This document shows, in pieces, positions 19,972 through 28,080 of a stretch of DNA of 64,000 bases. The translations under genes and the position numbers were made by a program. This DNA comes from Betaproteobacteria bacterium (GTDB taxonomy: Bacteria; Pseudomonadota; Gammaproteobacteria; Burkholderiales; Burkholderiaceae_C): the NCBI GenBank assembly GCA_043739385.1, contig JAYUED010000008.1, positions 893-64,892 of the forward strand. The letters are read 5' to 3'. Position 1 is the stretch's first letter, and each line of letters begins with the position of its first letter. The notes under the pieces are model-generated. The model was given only the letters and a program-made list of their open reading frames with translations. It did not search any database and had not been told where the DNA came from.

Positions 19972-20400
19972 ATGAGCCTGTCCCCAGAAATCGCCTCCCC
20001 AGAGATTGCTTTGCTGGCCGCGCGCTTCACCGAAATCCGCCACCACACCCTTGCTCTGGTCGAGGGCTTGAGCGCTGAGGACCGCATGGTGCAGCTCATG
20101 CCCGACGCCAGCCCCGTCAAATGGCATCTTGCCCACACCACCTGGTTCTTTGAGACTTTTGTGCTCGAACCCGCTGAATCGGCTCAGGCGACCGGCTTTA
20201 CGCCTTTTGATGTGGCCTTTCGCATGCTGTCGCGCCCCAGTTTCCCGCAGGTGTTGGCCTATCGCCATGATGTAGAGGTGCGCATTCACCGCCCGCTCGG
20301 TGGCCACTCCTGCGGAGCACATTCGCAGCAGTTACCGCAATTTTTTCCCGCCCTCTGCACGCTGGCAATTCGCCGGTTTGCGGCTGGCACATAACCTGTA
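19972..20400 (+). pseudogene. egtB: Relic of egtB (hercynine/sulfoxide synthase): N-terminal DinB_2 part fused out of frame to the extreme C-terminus
   Basis: Frame 1 reads ...DASPVKWHLAHTTWFFETFVLEP...[12 protein letters not shown]. Another frame at 20291-20400 reads [32 protein letters not shown]. The whole relic is about 430 nt, whereas a full-length EgtB needs about 1.3 kb. Confidence 0.7.
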
Positions 20401-20426
20401 ACTTTGTAACTCAAGGCGAATTCACC

Positions 20427-21440
20427 ATGTCTTCTTTGCGCCATAACTTAGCTTTGGTGACGGCTTCCACGAGCCCGGACACGCCTGTGCCCCCACCCCA
20501 CTTAACCACGCCGCAAGGTGATTTTGCCCACGATCTGATCGCCGCACTGTCTCACGCACCACACAGAATTTCGCCCAAATACTTTTACGACGCCCCTGGT
20601 TCCCAGCTGTTTGACCGCATTTGCACTCTGCCCGAGTACTACCCCACAATCACTGAGTTGGGAATCCTCCAGCGCCACGCTGCCGAGATGACAGCGCTAA
20701 TGGGCCCTTCCGCTGAATTGGTGGAGTTCGGCGCAGGTTCTCTTCAGAAGGTGCGCCTGTTGCTCGACGCCATGGATTCCCCTGCCCGTTACGTGCCCAT
20801 CGACATTTCCGGCGACCACTTGGCTGATGCTGCCCGCACGCTGGCACTCGACTACCCGCTGTTGCAAGTACAGCCGCTGGTGGCTGATTACACCGCTGCA
20901 TTGACCTTGCCTGCCAAGCTGCACAGCGCTGGGCAGCGCATCGGTTTCTTCCCCGGCTCCACCATTGGTAACTTTACGCCCGATGAGGCATTGCGCTTCC
21001 TTCGCATGGCCGCTGACGTGCTGGAGGGTGGGGCACTGCTACTGGGTGCTGACCTCATCAAAGACCCCGCCACACTGCATGCTGCCTACAACGACGCGCA
21101 GGGCGTTACCGCGGCTTTCAACCTGAATTTATTGGCCCGTGCCAACCGTGAGTTGGGCGCTGACTTTGATCTCACTCAGTTTGCTCACAGTGCTTTTTAT
21201 AACCCACCCCACCAGCGTATCGAGATGCACCTGATGGCGCGACAGCACCAAATTGTGCGTGTCTGTGGGCGCAGCTTTTCGCTGGCTGAAGGCTTCAGCC
21301 TGCATACCGAAAACTCGCATAAATTTACGCTAGATGGATTGCAGGCACTGGCCGTTGAAGCCGGTTTCACCCCTGGGCCGGTTTGGACAGACCCCGCCCG
21401 CCTCTTCAGCGTTCATTGGTTGCAAGCACCCACGCGGTAA
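20427..21440 (+). CDS. egtD: L-histidine N-alpha-methyltransferase (EgtD family)
   Basis: ISPKYFYDAPGSQLFDRICTLPEYYPT, FGAGS, FFPGSTIGNF, AYNDAQGVTAAFNLNLL and HQRIEMHL, colinear with EgtD. Confidence 0.88.
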   Translation: MSSLRHNLALVTASTSPDTPVPPPHLTTPQGDFAHDLIAALSHAPHRISPKYFYDAPGSQLFDRICTLPEYYPTITELGILQRHAAEMTALMGPSAELVEFGAGSLQKVRLLLDAMDSPARYVPIDISGDHLADAARTLALDYPLLQVQPLVADYTAALTLPAKLHSAGQRIGFFPGSTIGNFTPDEALRFLRMAADVLEGGALLLGADLIKDPATLHAAYNDAQGVTAAFNLNLLARANRELGADFDLTQFAHSAFYNPPHQRIEMHLMARQHQIVRVCGRSFSLAEGFSLHTENSHKFTLDGLQALAVEAGFTPGPVWTDPARLFSVHWLQAPTR

Positions 21441-21493
21441 AGACTTCCTAAAGACTTGAATACTTGTTTACCCACGCCTTAAAGGACTGTTTT

Positions 21494-21775
21494 ATGAAAG
21501 CTATTTGGAAAAATACCGTGATTGCGCAAAGCGATGACACCGTTCTGGTCGAAGGCAATCACTACTTCCCCATGGCTTCGCTCAACCGCGACGTCATTGT
21601 CCACAGCAACCACCGCAGTACCTGTGCTTGGAAAGGCGAGGCCAGCTACTATTCGCTGTTGGTCGATGGTGAGCTGAACCAGGACGCTGTTTGGTTTTAT
21701 GCCACCCCCAAGCCCGATGCCGAAATGGTGCGAGACCGCATTGCGTTTTGGAAGGGCGTACAAGTAGTTGCTTGA
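21494..21775 (+). CDS. DUF427 domain protein
   Basis: MKAIWKNTVIAQSDDTVLVEGNHYFP...TCAWKGEASYYSL...AVWFY, about 93 aa. Confidence 0.75.
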   Translation: MKAIWKNTVIAQSDDTVLVEGNHYFPMASLNRDVIVHSNHRSTCAWKGEASYYSLLVDGELNQDAVWFYATPKPDAEMVRDRIAFWKGVQVVA

Positions 21776-21850
21776 CTGGCGTTTGTCCTAGTGGAATAAA
21801 TGCACAAAAGCAGGCTTTCAAAAATAGTTTTCGGTTATTTTCATAATCGA

Positions 21851-21890
21851 TGTAAGAAGTTCACTCCCTAGCATGACAAACTGAAACCAG
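21851..21890 (+). promoter_or_regulatory. Candidate ECF-type promoter upstream of the locus-2 precursor
   Basis: TGTAAGAAGTT-N23-AACCAG has the same architecture as 17218-17257. It lies 100 nt upstream of the ATG at 21951. Confidence 0.45.
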
Positions 21891-21950
21891 TGCAGCACAA
21901 ACAATTGTGTTGCATTGGCCTTCAACCCCTTCATTTCTAGGACGATTTCC

Positions 21951-22238
21951 ATGAACACCACTTCCGTTAAAGCAGTAGCTTCTTTTGGCCTCACCGCCGC
22001 CATGCTCGCACTGTCCGCTGCCGCCTTCGCCGCTGACGCTCCCATGGGTGCGATGGGCAAGTCCATTGGCGCTAACGACCAAGTTCACTGCTACAAAGTT
22101 AACGACTGCAAAGGCACCGCTGATTGCAAAACAGCTGACCATAGCTGCAAAGGCATGAACACTTGCAAGGGTCAGGGCTTCAAGGCTTTGTCCGCTGGGC
22201 AGTGCCTGACCAAAGGTGGCACCATCTCCGACCTGTGA
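21951..22238 (+). CDS. bufA: 6-Cys secreted precursor peptide (BufA2-like)
   Basis: Signal MNTTSVKAVASFGLTAAMLALSAAAFA|ADAP. The core HCYKVNDCKGTADCKTADHSCKGMNTCKGQGFKALSAGQC has three C-K-G triads. The gene sits immediately upstream of an MNIO gene. Confidence 0.75.
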   Translation: MNTTSVKAVASFGLTAAMLALSAAAFAADAPMGAMGKSIGANDQVHCYKVNDCKGTADCKTADHSCKGMNTCKGQGFKALSAGQCLTKGGTISDL

Positions 22239-22255
22239 CCTGACCCGTTACTTCA

Positions 22256-24025
22256 GTGAACGCCAGCGTCTCGCTGACTGCACCCAGTCCAGGTTTTGGG
22301 CTGGGATTGCGTACTCCACATTACCCTGATTTTTTAGCCCAAACCCAGCGTTTCACCGGACTGGACTGGCTGGAAATCATCACCGACAACTTCTTGGTCG
22401 ACGGCGGTAAACCGCTGGTGATGTTGGAACGCATTCGCCGCGATTACCCCATGGCGATGCACGGCGTGGCGATGTCGCTGGGCGCACCTGGCGGCGCTGA
22501 TGTTGCCTACTTGAAACGCGTCAAAGCGTTGGCTGACCGTGTGCAGCCGCTCTGGGTGTCTGACCACTTGTGTTGGATCGGCCCTGGCCCCGAGCAGCTT
22601 TACGATTTGTATCCCTTGCCCTATACCGACGAGGCTGCCCGCCACGTCATCCAAAGTATCAGACAAGCGCAAGACATCTTGCAACGCCGTTTGGTATTAG
22701 AAAACGTGTCCAGCTACATCGCCTTCAATACATCGGCGTGCAGCGAATGGCAATTTTTAAGCCATATTGCGCAAGAGGCGGACTGCCTTTTACTGGTGGA
22801 CGTAAACAACATTTTTGTAAGCAGCGTGAACCACGGTTTTAACGCCTTGGACTATCTCGACGGTCTGCCCGCCAACCGTGTGCAGCAAATCCACCTCGCA
22901 GGTCATACCGACCGAGGTGACCATATCATCGACACACACGACCACCCGGTGGCCGCACCTGTCTGGCAGCTGTATCGCGAAGCGTGCCAGCGGTTCGGTG
23001 CTGTTGCCACCATGATCGAGCGCGACGACCATATTCCACCGTTGAATACCTTACTGGACGAATTGGCCGTGGCCCGTCGCACAGCCAACGAGGTGCTTTA
23101 CGCCACTGCGCTGGTCAGCCCTAGTTCGTATGCATCAAGCCATGGAAAAGACCAAAACCAAAATCATAAGATTGGCTTGCAGTGCTCTACAGATGAGCAC
23201 AGTGGGCTGTCAAAACTACAGCGAAACCTGTCCACCTACATTTTGAACCCTGCTGCCCTGCATGAAGCCACCCTGGCCCGTGCGTTGCTGCCTGAAAGCA
23301 AAGTGGATGCGGGCAGCGATTCGAATACTCCCGATACCAACGATACCAACCCGACAGGACAAGCCGCCCAGCGCCTAGGCATCTATCACCACGCCTACCG
23401 CGCCCGGATGGCGGAGGTACTGGCCGACAGCTTTGCCAAAATCAACCTCTACATGGGCAGCGACGCCTTCGAAGCCGAAGCCACCGCATTTGCAGTTGCC
23501 CATCCCCCCCTTACCCGTCGCCTAGGCCGATACGGCGCAGACCTGCCGAACTTTTTGGCAGAGCGCTACCCGCACAATCCCGAGTTGTTTGAATTAGCCC
23601 AGTTGGATTGGGATTTGCGCGAATGCTTTGACGGCCCCGATATCCCCGCGCTTGACGCCGCCAGTGCGGCCAGCGATGTGGCCCAAAGTTGGTTGACACG
23701 CAGTGCCCCGTTGCACCCTAGCGTGCGTCTCCGCAACCTCAGCACCAACGCTGTGCAACTCTGGAAAGCCATCGACGACGACCACGAGGTTCCCGCACCC
23801 GTCACGCTGGAGGTGCCACGCACCCTCTTGGTCTGGCGCAAAGGCTTGCAACCGCATTTCCAGACGCTGGACGCCGCCCCGGCACAGTTCATTGCCTGTT
23901 TATCCGAAGGCCAGTCCATCTGGCAAACCTGCGAAGCTTTGCCCGAACTTGCCGCGCCTGAAGCGCTGGGCAGCTGGCTCCAGGCTTGGTGGGCAGAAGG
24001 TTGGCTGCGCGCCGCAGAGTCTTAG
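22256..24025 (+). CDS. Fused MNIO (DUF692) - DUF2063 protein
   Basis: 589 aa with a GTG start. The N-terminal ~285 aa carry AMHGVAMSLGA, WVSDHLCW, LENVSSY, LLVDVNNIFVSS, IHLAGHT, IIDTHDHP and FGAVATMIERD. A Ser/Asn/Asp/Thr/Pro-rich linker follows. The C-terminal ~270 aa are DUF2063-like (RLGIYHHAYRARM...ELAQLDWDL). Confidence 0.85.
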   Translation: MNASVSLTAPSPGFGLGLRTPHYPDFLAQTQRFTGLDWLEIITDNFLVDGGKPLVMLERIRRDYPMAMHGVAMSLGAPGGADVAYLKRVKALADRVQPLWVSDHLCWIGPGPEQLYDLYPLPYTDEAARHVIQSIRQAQDILQRRLVLENVSSYIAFNTSACSEWQFLSHIAQEADCLLLVDVNNIFVSSVNHGFNALDYLDGLPANRVQQIHLAGHTDRGDHIIDTHDHPVAAPVWQLYREACQRFGAVATMIERDDHIPPLNTLLDELAVARRTANEVLYATALVSPSSYASSHGKDQNQNHKIGLQCSTDEHSGLSKLQRNLSTYILNPAALHEATLARALLPESKVDAGSDSNTPDTNDTNPTGQAAQRLGIYHHAYRARMAEVLADSFAKINLYMGSDAFEAEATAFAVAHPPLTRRLGRYGADLPNFLAERYPHNPELFELAQLDWDLRECFDGPDIPALDAASAASDVAQSWLTRSAPLHPSVRLRNLSTNAVQLWKAIDDDHEVPAPVTLEVPRTLLVWRKGLQPHFQTLDAAPAQFIACLSEGQSIWQTCEALPELAAPEALGSWLQAWWAEGWLRAAES

Positions 24026-24035
24026 AATTTTTGTT

Positions 24036-25988
24036 TTAATACTGCCCACCATAGTCAGCCACTTTGTCCCGCCATACGCTACGGTAATACACATTGCCTG
24101 TGAGCGCGCCAAGTGCGTCATCTGACTTCACGATGAACTCAATCCAGACTCGCGGACCATCAATGCGAAGGTACGAGTTGCCTGCGTTGCCGGGCAGTGC
24201 GCTGGAGTTCGGGAAGACCCCGAAGTCGGCCGCGCCGCCGATGCCAGGCGCGTAAGCGACGTAGGTGCTGGCCAGCGCGGTATCTGTCAGATAAACCCCG
24301 AGCAGGGCCTGAGCCACGTCGGCGGCCTGAGTGGCCACCCAAGCCTGAACAACGGCTTTCACGGCCGTCTGCTGCGCAGCAGTCAGCGTGCTGACCAAGA
24401 CACCGCGCCCGGTAGTGCCCGTGGGGTAGGCAACGGTTTTGTACCGGGTGTCGCCCGAAATGGTGGGGCCCATCATCAAATCAGTCATTGTGGTTGCAAG
24501 CATGGCGGGACTGGTCGTGACCGTAGCCGTAGTGGTGCTACTTTGCAGGCTGGTCGCCAGCGCCGAGACTGCAAGCCGATGGCTTTCCATGGCTGCATGC
24601 GGGGTGCCGCTGGTGTTGGCTGTGCTTGCGGTGTTGTTCACGGTGTAGACACCGCCGCTACTGAATGTCCAGTTTGGGGGCTGCGCACCAATGAACATTG
24701 GCGTGGCGCTGGGCAGGCTGGTGTTGTAGGTGATGTTGTAGGTCAGCTGGTGGCCGGTCAGCTGTAGTGTCCAAGGTAGCGTGGCCGAGGGTTGGCCAAT
24801 GAATGCGACGGAATACAGCGCTGCGCCTGCACCGGACAGCGGGTTGAGGCTGGCAACCGCATTGTCGGACAGGCGTATTTCGGACATCAACGTGGTTCCC
24901 GTGGTGCTCAGCGCTGCGGAAATCAGCGCGTCTGCTGCGCTTTGTTGCAGCACGGAGAGTGTTGCCGTGTTCAGCCGCAAGCCATGGCGTGCGCCGACAC
25001 TATCGCTCCAGGCGCTGGCATTGCCCAAGTTGTTGGCAAACAGCACCGTGGCGCTGGACAACGACGAGCCGGCAACGATGGCCTGGCTTGTGTTCAGCGT
25101 GTTGATGAAGGCATTAGCCGCAGCTACCACTACGGCGGTATTGCTGTTGCTGCCGACAGGTGTAACCACCAAAGTGGCCACACTGCTGGCGACTGAGCCT
25201 ATGCTGTTCGTCACTATCACGTAGTAATTGCCCGCATTCAGCGCCGCCACGGTAGTGACTGCATAGCTGGCATTGGTGGCTGACGGAATGGCGACGGCGT
25301 CTTTGAACCACTGGTAGGTGAGGTCAGTACCCGTCGCCTGAACTGCAAAGCTGGCCGCTGTACCAGCGGTCACGGTCAGCGATACCGGTGCTGCGGGGAT
25401 GGCCGGTGCAATGGCTGTGGCGCTGATGGTTAACGTCACTGTGCTGCTGGTCACTGCCTTGGCCCCGTTGCGGCTACTGGATACCACCACGTAAAAACTG
25501 TCCACTGCTGTGGCTGCCGTGGTGCTGCTGGCAGTGTACGAAGAGCCGGTCGCGCCGACGATCACCGTGCTGTTGCGAAACCATTGGTAGGTCAAACCGA
25601 CGCCTGTTGCCACCACCGACAAATTTGTACTTTTACCCGCTGTTACCGTGACCGACTGGGGTTGCACTGTGATAACCGGGTCAACGGTGATGGTCAGTGT
25701 GGCGGCGCTGCTGGTTACGCTGCCCAGCGAATTCGTCACGGTGACGGTGTAGCTACCAGCCGTTTGGGTTGCGTAAGTGCTGGCCGTGGCACCGGCTACC
25801 GCCGTTCCGTCCTTGAACCACTGGTAAGCCAACCCGCCCCCTGACGCTACCACGGTGAACACCGTGGGCTGGTCGCCAGTTGACGTAACGGCTATGGGCT
25901 GCGAGGTGATAGTCGGTAGAGTTGTTGCAGTTTTGGAGACTTCGCCGGGGCCGCATGCGCTCATAAGCAGGGTCGCACTCAGCGCCAA
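24036..25988 (-). CDS. Lipoprotein with 3 Ig-like repeats and a C-terminal DUF3500-like domain
   Basis: LLMSAC lipobox, then three ~85-aa repeats each containing (L/T)YQWF(K/R)(D/N). The C-terminal ~370 aa contain YSVAFIGQPS..PWTLQLTGHQL and YLRIDGPRVWIEF...YYRSVWRDKVADYG. See the feature at 25994-26029 for the start. Confidence 0.75.
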   Translation of the reverse strand: MALSATLLMSACGPGEVSKTATTLPTITSQPIAVTSTGDQPTVFTVVASGGGLAYQWFKDGTAVAGATASTYATQTAGSYTVTVTNSLGSVTSSAATLTITVDPVITVQPQSVTVTAGKSTNLSVVATGVGLTYQWFRNSTVIVGATGSSYTASSTTAATAVDSFYVVVSSSRNGAKAVTSSTVTLTISATAIAPAIPAAPVSLTVTAGTAASFAVQATGTDLTYQWFKDAVAIPSATNASYAVTTVAALNAGNYYVIVTNSIGSVASSVATLVVTPVGSNSNTAVVVAAANAFINTLNTSQAIVAGSSLSSATVLFANNLGNASAWSDSVGARHGLRLNTATLSVLQQSAADALISAALSTTGTTLMSEIRLSDNAVASLNPLSGAGAALYSVAFIGQPSATLPWTLQLTGHQLTYNITYNTSLPSATPMFIGAQPPNWTFSSGGVYTVNNTASTANTSGTPHAAMESHRLAVSALATSLQSSTTTATVTTSPAMLATTMTDLMMGPTISGDTRYKTVAYPTGTTGRGVLVSTLTAAQQTAVKAVVQAWVATQAADVAQALLGVYLTDTALASTYVAYAPGIGGAADFGVFPNSSALPGNAGNSYLRIDGPRVWIEFIVKSDDALGALTGNVYYRSVWRDKVADYGGQY

Positions 25989-25993
25989 TAAGG

Positions 25994-26029
25994 CAAAAAA
26001 CGCAGGAACAGGCGAGGCAGCATCAGCAT
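25994..26029 (-). other. Upstream ATG mini-ORF plus T6 slippery tract at the 5' end of the Ig/DUF3500 lipoprotein gene
   Basis: The minus strand reads ATG CTG ATG CTG CCT CGC CTG TTC CTG CG(U UUU UUG). A -1 slip or a one-T insertion joins MLMLPRLFLRFF to ALLALSATLLMSACG, which gives a canonical lipoprotein signal peptide. Confidence 0.4.
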
Positions 26030-26231
26030 GGCAATCTACTTTCTATCGAATACAAAGGGCGCATTGCCCAGCTGCAGAGTATAGAAGTCGTACTTAAAGT
26101 CAGCCTCGACAAGGTTGCCAGAAAAGGCAAATTAAGGCCTTGTAAACGCTATACTGAATTGGCGCCGATTTGCCTCAGCTTGCGGGCGCTTGATAAATTC
26201 TGCTAAAAACCAGACTGACTCCCCTTGCGAG

Positions 26232-26267
26232 AACCTGGCTTCGTTTTTAGCGATGCCAGGTTTTTTT
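26232..26267 (+). promoter_or_regulatory. Hairpin plus T7 run abutting the metX start codon
   Basis: aacctggc / gccaggtt 8-bp stem with a 15-nt loop. The T7 run ends at the ATG at 26268. Confidence 0.3.
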
Positions 26268-28049
26268 ATGCACGCTTCTGCACACGCTCCTATGCTCGCC
26301 GTTATGTACGCCGTCCCACAGTTCATGTCCTTCGCTGCGCCGCTTGCCTTGCAAAGCGGTGCTTCTATTCGCGCCTATACGCTGGCCTATGAGACCTACG
26401 GCACACTGAATGCCGATAAGTCCAATGCCGTACTGGTCTGCCACGCGCTCAATGCCTCGCACCATGTAGCGGGCGTCTATGAAGGCCAGTCAAAGAGTGA
26501 GGGCTGGTGGGACAACATGATTGGCCCGGGCAAGCCATTGGACACGGATAAATTTTTCGTGATTGGCATCAACAACCTAGGTTCGTGCTTTGGCTCCACC
26601 GGCCCCATGCATGCCCACCCGGATACAGGCCGCATTTACGGTGCCGACTTTCCTGTGATGACGGTGGAAGACTGGGTTAACGCCCAAGCCCGGTTGCTCG
26701 ATGAATTGGGCATTACCACGCTGGCCGCTGTGATGGGCGGTAGCTTGGGTGGTATGCAGGCCTTGAGCTGGACGTTGCAGTTTCCCGAGCGCGTGCGCCA
26801 TGCCGTGGTCATCGCCAGCGCCCCCAACCTCACCGCCGAGAACATCGCCTTCAACGAGGTCGCCCGCCGTGCCATCGTCACCGACCCGGATTTCCACGGG
26901 GGTCATTTTTACGACCACAGCGTGATTCCCAAACGCGGCCTGCGCATCGCCCGCATGATTGGCCACATCACGTACCTGAGCGATGACGTGATGAACGAGA
27001 AGTTCGGTCGGCAGTTGCGGGATGGCGACGTGTACAAATACTCTACGCAAGATGTAGAGTTCCAGATCGAAAGTTACCTGCGCCACCAGGGCGACAAGTT
27101 CAGCGAAACCTTCGATGCCAACACGTACCTGCTCATCACCCGGGCGCTGGACTACTTCGACCCAGCACGCCGGCACAACGCCAGTCTGAGCGCTGCGTTG
27201 GCCACCGCGAAGGCCAAGTTCTTGCTCGTCAGCTTCACTACCGACTGGCGCTTTTCGCCCAAACGCAGCCGTGAAATCGTCAAAGCTCTGCTCGATAACC
27301 GCCGTGACGTGAGTTATGCCGAAATCGATGCGCCGCACGGTCACGATGCCTTTTTGCTCGATGACACCCGCTACATGGCCTTAGTTCGCTCTTATTTTGA
27401 GCGCATTGATACGGAGCTTAGCCAGACGATCAACCCCTCAACCATCGTGGCACCAGCGCCCAAGACCAGCCCCGCCCCGACGCACCACTCCATTGCCAAC
27501 CTCGTGCCGCAAAAATCCCGCGTGCTCGATTTAGGCTGTGGCGATGGTCATCTACTGGCCCACTTGCAATCCCTCCGCGCCTGCGCCGGCTACGGCATCG
27601 AGATCAGCGACGCCCATGTGCTGGCCTGCGTGCAAGCGGGCGTAAACGTCATCCAGCTCAACCTAGAAGAAGGCCTCTCGTTGTTTGAAGACGCCTCGTT
27701 CGATGTGGTGCTGCAAGTAGATACCCTGCCCCATCTGCGCAACGCCGAAACCATGCTGCAAGAAACAGCCCGCGTCGGGCGCACCGGCATCGTCGCCTTC
27801 CCTAATTTCGCCCACTGGCCGAACCGCCTGAGCGTGTTGAAGGGCCGTATGCCCGTCACCAAGCGCCTGCCCTACCAGTGGTACGACACGCCGAATATCC
27901 GCGTGGGCACATTCAAGGATTTTGAAGCGCTGGCACAAAAGAACGGATTAAAGCTGCTGGACGCATTTGGGCTGCAAGACGGCACAGAGGTACGCTGGTT
28001 GCCGAATGCACGGGCGGGTACGGCGGTGTTTCGATTTACGCGGGTTTGA
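26268..28049 (+). CDS. metX: Homoserine O-acyltransferase MetX fused in frame to MetW
   Basis: MetX core ([28 protein letters not shown]), then the linker [19 protein letters not shown], then MetW ([14 protein letters not shown]...[11 protein letters not shown]...[20 protein letters not shown]). The start is uncertain (26268, 26292 or 26190). Confidence 0.85.
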   Translation: MHASAHAPMLAVMYAVPQFMSFAAPLALQSGASIRAYTLAYETYGTLNADKSNAVLVCHALNASHHVAGVYEGQSKSEGWWDNMIGPGKPLDTDKFFVIGINNLGSCFGSTGPMHAHPDTGRIYGADFPVMTVEDWVNAQARLLDELGITTLAAVMGGSLGGMQALSWTLQFPERVRHAVVIASAPNLTAENIAFNEVARRAIVTDPDFHGGHFYDHSVIPKRGLRIARMIGHITYLSDDVMNEKFGRQLRDGDVYKYSTQDVEFQIESYLRHQGDKFSETFDANTYLLITRALDYFDPARRHNASLSAALATAKAKFLLVSFTTDWRFSPKRSREIVKALLDNRRDVSYAEIDAPHGHDAFLLDDTRYMALVRSYFERIDTELSQTINPSTIVAPAPKTSPAPTHHSIANLVPQKSRVLDLGCGDGHLLAHLQSLRACAGYGIEISDAHVLACVQAGVNVIQLNLEEGLSLFEDASFDVVLQVDTLPHLRNAETMLQETARVGRTGIVAFPNFAHWPNRLSVLKGRMPVTKRLPYQWYDTPNIRVGTFKDFEALAQKNGLKLLDAFGLQDGTEVRWLPNARAGTAVFRFTRV

Positions 28050-28080
28050 GTTTCGTTTGAGGTTCCTAAGGGAGTTTGTA

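Noticed and set aside
19972-20394. The 140-aa ORF read as an intact small DinB-family protein.
   Set aside because: Its last ~50 residues are frame-shifted sequence. Another frame encodes the canonical EgtB C-terminus, so it is better explained as an egtB deletion relic.
26170-26267. A SAM-II-type riboswitch upstream of metX, suggested by CGAUUUGCC...AGCUUGC...UGCUAAAAA.
   Set aside because: This is only a superficial resemblance to motif fragments I remember. I could not build the required pseudoknot pairing (loop GCUU with 3' AAAGCU). It is kept only as an unexplained hairpin and T-run.
27967-28080. An N-terminal extension of the chrA ORF (and likewise 5615-5683 for yidC, 8231-8281 for mnmE and 43091-43180 for yceI).
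   Set aside because: The extensions overlap the preceding gene or have no family similarity. Internal ATG codons give canonical N-termini or signal peptides.
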